64,000 bases of DNA from Eledone cirrhosa. Taxonomy: Eukaryota. Position 1 is the stretch's first letter; every line of letters starts with the position of its first letter. The DNA is taken from NCBI GenBank assembly GCA_964016885.1, contig OZ024761.1, forward strand, positions 7,068,001 to 7,132,000, read 5' to 3'. The notes under the pieces were generated by a model. It had not been told where the DNA came from, searched no databases, and worked only from the letters and a program-made list of their open reading frames with translations. This document shows positions 56,796-64,000 of this stretch, in pieces. A program made the translations under genes and the position numbers.

Positions 56796-58042
56796 CAAGA
56801 TGGCGTCCACCAGGGCTCTGTCGTTAATCCACTACAAGATGGCGTCCACCAGGGCTCTGTCGTTAATCCACTACAAGATGGCGTCCACCAGGGCTCTGTC
56901 GTTAATCCACTACAAGATGGCGTCCACCAGGGCTCTGTCGTTAATCCACTACAAGATGGCGTCCACCAGGGCTCTGTCGTTAATCCACTACAAGATGGCG
57001 TCCACCAGGGCTCTGTCGTTAATCCACTACAAGATGGCGTCCACCAGGGCTCTGTCGTTAATCCACTACAAGATGGCGTCCACCAGGGCTCTGTCGTTAA
57101 TCCACTACAAGATGGCGTCCACCAGGGCTCTGTCGTTAATCCACTACAAGATGGCGTCCACCAGGGCTCTGTCGTTAATCCACTACAAGATGGCGTCCAC
57201 CAGGGCTCTGTCGTTAATCCACTACAAGATGGCGTCCACCAGGGCTCTGTCGTTAATCCACTACAAGATGGCGTCCACCAGGGCTCTGTCGTTAATCCAC
57301 TACAAGATGGCGTCCACCAGGGCTCTGTCGTTAATCCACTACAAGATGGCGTCCACCAGGGCTCTGTCGTTAATCCACTACAAGATGGCGTCCACCAGGG
57401 CTCTGTCGTTAATCCACTACAAGATGGCGTCCACCAGGGCTCTGTCGTTAATCCACTACAAGATGGCGTCCACCAGGGCTCTGTCGTTAATCCACTACAA
57501 GATGGCGTCCACCAGGGCTCTGTCGTTAATCCACTACAAGATGGCGTCCACCAGGGCTCTGTCGTTAATCCACTACAAGATGGCGTCCACCAGGGCTCTG
57601 TCGTTAATCCACTACAAGATGGCGTCCACCAGGGCTCTGTCGTTAATCCACTACAAGATGGCGTCCACCAGGGCTCTGTCGTTAATCCACTACAAGATGG
57701 CGTCCACCAGGGCTCTGTCGTTAATCCACTACAAGATGGCGTCCACCAGGGCTCTGTCGTTAATCCACTACAAGATGGCGTCCACCAGGGCTCTGTCGTT
57801 AATCCACTACAAGATGGCGTCCACCAGGGCTCTGTCGTTAATCCACTACAAGATGGCGTCCACCAGGGCTCTGTCGTTAATCCACTACAAGATGGCGTCC
57901 ACCAGGGCTCTGTCGTTAATCCACTACAAGATGGCGTCCACCAGGGCTCTGTCGTTAATCCACTACAAGATGGCGTCCACCAGGGCTCTGTCGTTAATCC
58001 ACTACAAGATGGCGTCCACCAGGGCTCTGTCGTTAATCCACT
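56796..58042 (+). repeat. Perfect 39-bp tandem array, 32 copies, within an RTE LINE RT fragment (~56775-58290)
   Basis: Unit caagatggcgtccaccagggctctgtcgttaatccacta; flanks read EEFSF-QDGVHQGSVVNPL-IFNIGLQAIM; downstream KGVGRNSILCSKYKLCVHKRCS. Confidence 0.95.
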
Positions 58043-58339
58043 CATCTTTAATATTGGTTTGCAGGCTATAATGGACCGGCTGTACGTGGATAAACTTACA
58101 CACATAGCTGAATATAGAGAAGAAATTTCAAACATATAAGCAGGCCCTAGGAAGAAGGGGTTTTAAAGTACACCTGACAAAGACGAAGTTCCTAGTAAGA
58201 AAGGTGTAGGTAGAAACTCCATCCTCTGCTCTAAATACAAACTATGTGTACACAAAAGATGTAGTGCGATCTAAGGAACTTTAGCTAAGTTCACGCATGC
58301 ACACCTTGTCCCATTTGCGCATGCGCACCTCTTTACACC

Positions 58340-59420
58340 TTGCACATACGTACCTCATCCCAGTTCAGGGGTTGGTCCAGCTCCCAATGCCAAAGTTTGG
58401 TGCTAGTCCCTTCAGGATTTTCCATATGTAGATCACTGCGTATCTCTCTCGTCTTCGTTCCAAGGAGTAGGGGTTCAATTCTTTTAGCCTCTCCCAGTAG
58501 CTTATCTCCCTCATCATGGCAATCCTCTTGGTGTAACTTTGCTGGATTGCCTCAAGCTCCGTGGTTAGTTTGACACTATGGGTGACCACAACTGGGAGCA
58601 ATAGTCCAGGCGGCTTAGGGCAACTGTCCTCCATAGTGTCAACATGGTGTCTCGATCTCTTGTCCGGAAAGTCCTCAAGATCCAGCCAGCGAGTCGTCTG
58701 CACATTGTCGCCACTTTCATGATGTGTGAGGAAGAAGATGCATCGTTGCTCATGTCTATCCCCAGGTCTCGTATCGATTTCGACACGGGAATTTCAGTCC
58801 CTCCTGGCCCAGTGTAACTGTGTTTGAGTTTGCAGGTTGGTATTGTAGGGCTTGAAATTTTCCAGCATTAAACTGCATGTTGTTATCTTCCGCCCATTTG
58901 TATATGGCATCCAGATCTTGTTGTAAAAGGGCAGCGTCAGCCGGGTTTTTGATTGCCTGTGCTACCTTAGTGTCATCAGCATAGCTAGTGAGGGATATTG
59001 TATGTACTACAGAGGGCATGTCTGAGAGAGCCACCAAAAACAATAGTGGTCCCAGGACTGTCCCTTGAGGCACCCCACTTGTTATTGATGTTTCCTTTGA
59101 GAGGGCCCTGTTTGCTGCAACTGTCTGGCTTCTGTCCTTTAAGAAGTCAGGCAGCCACTCACCTACTTTTCCAGTTATGCCGAGTCTGTGTAGTTTGTGA
59201 CATATCATTCCGTTGTCGACCTTGTCAAAAGCCTTTGCAAAGTTAAGATATATCACGTCCACATGTGAGCTGTCTAGCAGTTGTTTCAGTACCCAGTCGT
59301 AGTGATGTAGCAGCTGTGTAAGGCAGCTTCTTCCTGGGCGAAAGCCATGCTGCGTGCTTGTTAGGTGGTCATTTTCCTCAAGGAACGTGATCAGTTTCTT
59401 TCCGATGATTTGCTCCACGG
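58340..59420 (-). pseudogene. CR1-clade LINE ORF2 reverse transcriptase fragment, frameshifted
   Basis: QHGFRPGRSCLTQL, KAFDKVD, GVPQGTVLGPLLF, YADDTK, then RLDYCSQLWSP and SLERRRER in other frames. Confidence 0.92.
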
Positions 59421-59734
59421 ACAATTTGTTAAATCTTAATTGTCGTTTTGAGAAATGTAATGTATTTCGCTTCATTCTGTCAGACCCTTAAAAACAATCT
59501 TCTTGTATTTAAACTCCAATTACTGTTATACGTTCGTTTAACGTTTCATAATTAAGGTCGAATTTGTAGGACCTTTATAAAAATAATAATCTCGTTAAAC
59601 TTCCCATTTCCTTCCCCCACACACCACCATTACTATTTGGTCCAATCATAATTTACGGTTTATAGTATGTTTCTCTTACCAATCTCTTTCACAAAACCAC
59701 CGCCTCAGCTATTACTCCTTAAGTTTAGACCTGG

Positions 59735-61546
59735 TTGCTTTTCAGTTTGCTAAATGGACTACAGAATTTGGAGAGTGAACAATCTGAACACTCAATGATG
59801 ATGTCAAAGATAAAGATAAATTCACCTCCTGTTGCTGGACGAGAATGCAAGGACTCCTCTTTATTTCAGACACGGACGGCTAACATAACCCCATCTCCCT
59901 CACCCCTCCCTACGCCTCCAACCCATCCCTTCCACCCACCCAACGAAACCCAAAGCTTCAGAGTTGGTACCATGAATGTAGGCACTTTAAAAGGTCGTTC
60001 AAATGAGGTTGTAGAGATGCTTCAACGTAAGGAGGTTGATGTTTATTGTATTCAAGAGACTAGGTGGAGGGGTGGGTCTGCTAGATTCATTGTGGGTAAA
60101 AAACAATGTTATAAACTTTTCTGGGTGGGAAATGACAATGGGCTGGGTGGAGTAGGAATTATGTTAGCAGAAAAATGGGTAGATAGGATAGTTGCTGTAA
60201 ATAGAGTGAATGACAGAATAATTAAAATAAGACTAGTTCTAAATAGAACAACTGTGATAATAATATCTGCTTATGCACCTCAATCTTGTCTACCTGACGT
60301 TATAAAAGACAGATTCTATGAGTCGCTAATGCTCACTACCTCCCAAATAACTGACAGTGACTACATAATTATTGCCGGCGACGGAATCCATGGAGGCTAT
60401 GGGTTTGGTACTAGAAATGAGGAAGGCTTCAGAATCCTGGAATTCTGTGACGCTAAAAGCCTAACTATCTGTAACACAAACTTCAAAAAATGAGACAATC
60501 ACTTGATCACCTATAGATCAGGGGAACATGCCAGCCAGAAGACGTGACAGAGTGTCTGTTGTAAACACTAAATCCCTTCCCCATGAAGAATGCACCTCCC
60601 AACATAGCCTCATAGTCAGGATTAGACGTACTCAACAACAGAGGAGGGCTACCCCGTGGAGAATATGGAAGTTAAAGGACGAAATAGCCAGTAACAAATT
60701 TAAAAGTATATTGATGCTTTTAACAGTAAGGAAGAGCAATTAGAGACGTACAATACAGTGGGAATTCCTGAAAGTTAACCTGCTGAAGGCGACAGATGAA
60801 ATTTGTGGCTGGAACAGACCTATAGGCAGGAGGAGAGTAACTTGGTGGAGGAGTCAAAAAGCAGGCTTGCAAAGTATGGGGGAAGTAGAGAACACTATCA
60901 AGTGGCCAGGAGAGAAGCTAGGACATAAGTGTACTTTGCAAGAAGGGAAGCAGAGGATAGAAAGTTCAAGCATGTTCTACAACGTGAGGTGTTCAGGATG
61001 GCAAGGAAAACTGATATTGTCGGGGAGAAGTGTGTCCGTAATGATAATGGTGTACTTGCCATCACTGATGCTGATAAGAAGGTAGCTTGGAAGTGTCACT
61101 GCAAGAGACTACTAAATGAGGAGAATAAATGGAAAAATTCCAAATCGATCCAATAGAGGGACCAGCAGTGCAAGTTAAAGGTAGTATAATAAGTAAGGCA
61201 ATCAAAGATATGAAGACAGGCAAGGCAGCTGGGCCTTTGGAGATAGTTGCTGAAATGCTGAAAGCATCTGGAATGGTGGGACACACTATGGTCACCCAGA
61301 TAGTAAACCAGAATGGGTCATACCAAATGATTGGCGTAGCAGCATCATTAACTGTTACAAGGGTAAAGGAGATGCTCTATATGGGGGCATTAAGTTAGTT
61401 GACCAGGTCATGAAAGTCACAGAAAGAGTTATAGCGCAACTAATCAGAGAGCGAATTGATCTAGTTGAAATGCAGTTGGGTTTGTGTCAGGTAAAAGTAC
61501 CACAGATGCTCTTTTCCTTGTACAACAACTACTGGAGAAGTACCTA
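59735..61546 (+). pseudogene. RTE-clade LINE: APE endonuclease and N-terminal RT, disrupted and 3'-truncated
   Basis: VGTMNVGTL, CIQETRWRG, ISAYAPQ, IIAGD, GYGFGTRNEEG, CNTNFKK; MKTGKAAGP, GKSTTDALF. Confidence 0.92.
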
Positions 61547-64000
61547 TTAGATTGATACATATACCACAGTTGGGTCTTCCGCATTTTTTTACTGGGGGTT
61601 GGCTGAACTTTGGCTTGTGTAATGATGTTTTTTATTGATTTAGGTTGTCTTTTGCTCTTTATGATATTGTGTGTTTGGAAGATTTGGTTCATTCTTAGGT
61701 CTCTTTTTAGTAAAAGTATGTTCTGGAGGATGGTGTTGAATGCCTCAATGTTGAGGGGGTTGTGTGTGGAGATGTATGGTAGAGTTTTCAGTTTTGAATC
61801 ATTCCTTGGTTTGGGGTGTCTAAGTTCCTGGATGTTGAGTTTTAGGGCACGTTGGAATCCATTGTTGATTAGAGATGGTAGGTAATTCCTGCTAATAAGT
61901 GTGTTCTTTAATTCTTCTAGTTGTATGTAGCATGTGTATTTATCAGATACTATTGTGCAGATCCTTTTGTAGGGAATGCTCATTTTGGTGTGTCTAGGGT
62001 GGCATGAGTTGAATGGAAGATGCTGTTTGGAGTCTGTGGGTTTATAGTATATGTCTGTTTCTATTTTGTCGTTGGTTTTCTTGATAAGAATGTCGAGAAA
62101 AGGAAGTTGTTCGTGGCTGTATTCCATTGTAAATTGAATGTTTGTGTTGAGTCCATTTAGAAGTGTTTTAAATTCAATAAGTCTTTCTATACTTTCATGC
62201 CAGAGGATGAAGCAATCATCCAGATTTCTCTTCCAGTTTTTTTCTATGTGGAGGTAGAAGGGGTTTCCATATTTATCTAGTACTTTTCGGTAGAGGGTGA
62301 TTTCCAAGTATCCCATAACCAGGTTGACATTAGAGGGGGGTGTTTTCATGCCCATGTCAGTCCCAGATTTCTGTCTGTAGAATTTGGCATCGAATTCGAA
62401 GTAGTTATTCTCCAAGATGAATTTAAACCCTTCTATTACAAATTCTTTTATGATTCAGTGTGGGAGTTCATTTGGGGTAATTTTCTAACTAGAATTGGAT
62501 TGCCTCTATTCCTAGGTTGTGTGGGATATTGGAATATAGGTTGGCTACATCGAAAGACACTAGTAGGGTATATTCATTATTAAGTGTTTTGGGGAGGTGG
62601 TTGAGCATATCCAGGTCATCCCTTATGTAGCTTTTAATGTGTTTCAGGAATGGTTTTAACAAGATATCTAAGACGTTGCTGAGGTGGTGGGTTTCACAAG
62701 CGGGACCTGCTATTATAGGCCTTAATTTGAGGTCGTTGGGTGAGGGGACATTGATGAATATGTCTGTAGCTTCCTTGCATGCCTTACTTATTTTTTTGAT
62801 TTTGTGTATCTTAGGGATACCATAGAAAAGCTGGGTTTGCTTTTGAAGTCAGTGATATAGTTGTATTCCTTGTCGGTAAGTCGTTCTCTGTAAAGGGTTG
62901 TTAGAGTTTTTAGGTTTCTCATTATGTTCTGTTGGCTGTAGTGTTGAGCCTTTTCGTAGTATGTTTCATCTTCTAAAGATGAGAGTACTAGGGTTGTATA
63001 ATATTCTGTTTCCATAAGGACTACCACACTCCCTTTATCCGCCTCTTTGATTGTTATAGTTTTCTCTCTCTCTCTATTTAAGGCGGGTAAAATTCCCGAG
63101 ATCCATGGACGAGTTCTCTCCAGCGGTCTCTGTCCCTCATTATCGCTGCCATAGTTTTATCATTCTTTAAATTGTTAAACTCATCCCATTCTTTCTCGTT
63201 GGTGTCTGGCTTATATTTATGCCTGTGTAGGTGTTGATATCGGTAATTTGTAATGTTTTCAGAATTGGTCAAAGAATTTGTTCTTACCTTTTGATGGGGT
63301 GTAGTTGCTTCTGTTTCTAGCCAGTGAGTCGTCCTTATTGTACTTGTCGTGTAGTTCCTCGCTAAGTCTTAGTTTTCTACAAAATTCCGTAATGTCCTCC
63401 TTCATTTCGGACTAGTTTGGACGTGGGGGGTGGTGGTGTAAATTTCAGCCCTTTTGGAGAGTATGTTGATTTGGTCTATTGTTAGTTCTTTAGTGGCTAA
63501 ATTTATTACTTTTGGTCTCTCCTGTATGTCTTGTGTCATCTTGTTTCCCTGTGATTAAGGTAGTTGTGATGGTTGTTGATGTTAGGTTGTCTCCTGTGGT
63601 TGTATTGTTCCCTGCTGTTGTTATTGAAGGTTTGGGTTCGTGGATGTGGGTTGATTAGGGCGTCCCTATATTTAGTGTGTGGTTGTGTGTCCTTATATAT
63701 CATGTATGGTAGTTGTATTTTAGGGGCCCTTCGTTGCTGAATATATCAAGTGGTTTGGGTTTGTTGTGTGTGGTGGTTGGGGAGGTTGTAAGAGTGGAGG
63801 TTTCCATCGTATCTCCTAATGGGAGAGAGGCTGTATTGTCCATCCTGTAGGTGTTGTTTTCTTATTTCTTTGTGTGTTGCAGGGGTGTCCACGTAGTTGC
63901 TGCATGGTTGGGGTAAGGGTAAGGTGTTCCCTTCTTTTTTAGTAGGAGGGGGGGGTGTGTTTTTTTGTTGGTTGTTGAACAATGTTTGAATGGTGTTTAG
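61547..64000 (-). mobile_element. Penelope-like retroelement, disrupted; truncated before the GIY-YIG domain, continues beyond window
   Basis: KGLKFTP, IKEADKG, RPIIAGP, LVSFDVANLYSNIPH, NYFEFD..YRQKSGTDMG, WKRNLDDCF, QFTME..LPFLD, IYYKPTD..SCHPRHTK; Cys motif KCGRPNCGIC at ~61555-61590. Confidence 0.9.
63064..63150 (-). mobile_element. 87-bp LINE (RTE-like) 3' tip inserted in the Penelope ORF
   Basis: 8-bp TSD atagtttt (63056-63063, 63151-63158); encodes MRDRDRWRELV..* plus (ag)n tail. Confidence 0.8.

Noticed and set aside
56638-58135. 477-aa and 469-aa repeat ORFs
   Set aside because: By-products of a 39-bp unit; no synonymous variation, and the ancestral frame is a different (RT) one

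Overview
Repeat-rich animal genomic DNA, most likely a cephalopod/octopus (inferred from the tRNA/CORE-type SINEs, RTE tails and dense (TA)n microsatellites; not proven). The only host gene is the 3' half of USP48 on the + strand: 8 phase-compatible GT-AG exons from 8259 to the stop at 44076, ending EEGFKGTGLLSG*, with a ~200-aa Thr-rich insertion. The rest is tandem arrays (1-5380, 31.6-43.0 kb, 44.2-52.8 kb, 56.8-58.0 kb), piggyBac- and hAT-type MITEs, a deleted mariner, SINEs, and decayed RTE, CR1 and Penelope-like retroelements. Most notable: several type-I hammerhead-ribozyme motifs in fold-back elements, including a 5-copy tandem array of ~142-bp palindromes each carrying a hammerhead core (retrozyme/rod-like circRNA candidate); a perfect 32 x 39-bp array amplified from a LINE RT motif; one MITE family seeding four separate minisatellites; and ~3-kb higher-order duplications in three unrelated satellites. 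Most long ORFs in the supplied track are repeat artefacts. All alignments and folds were done by eye.
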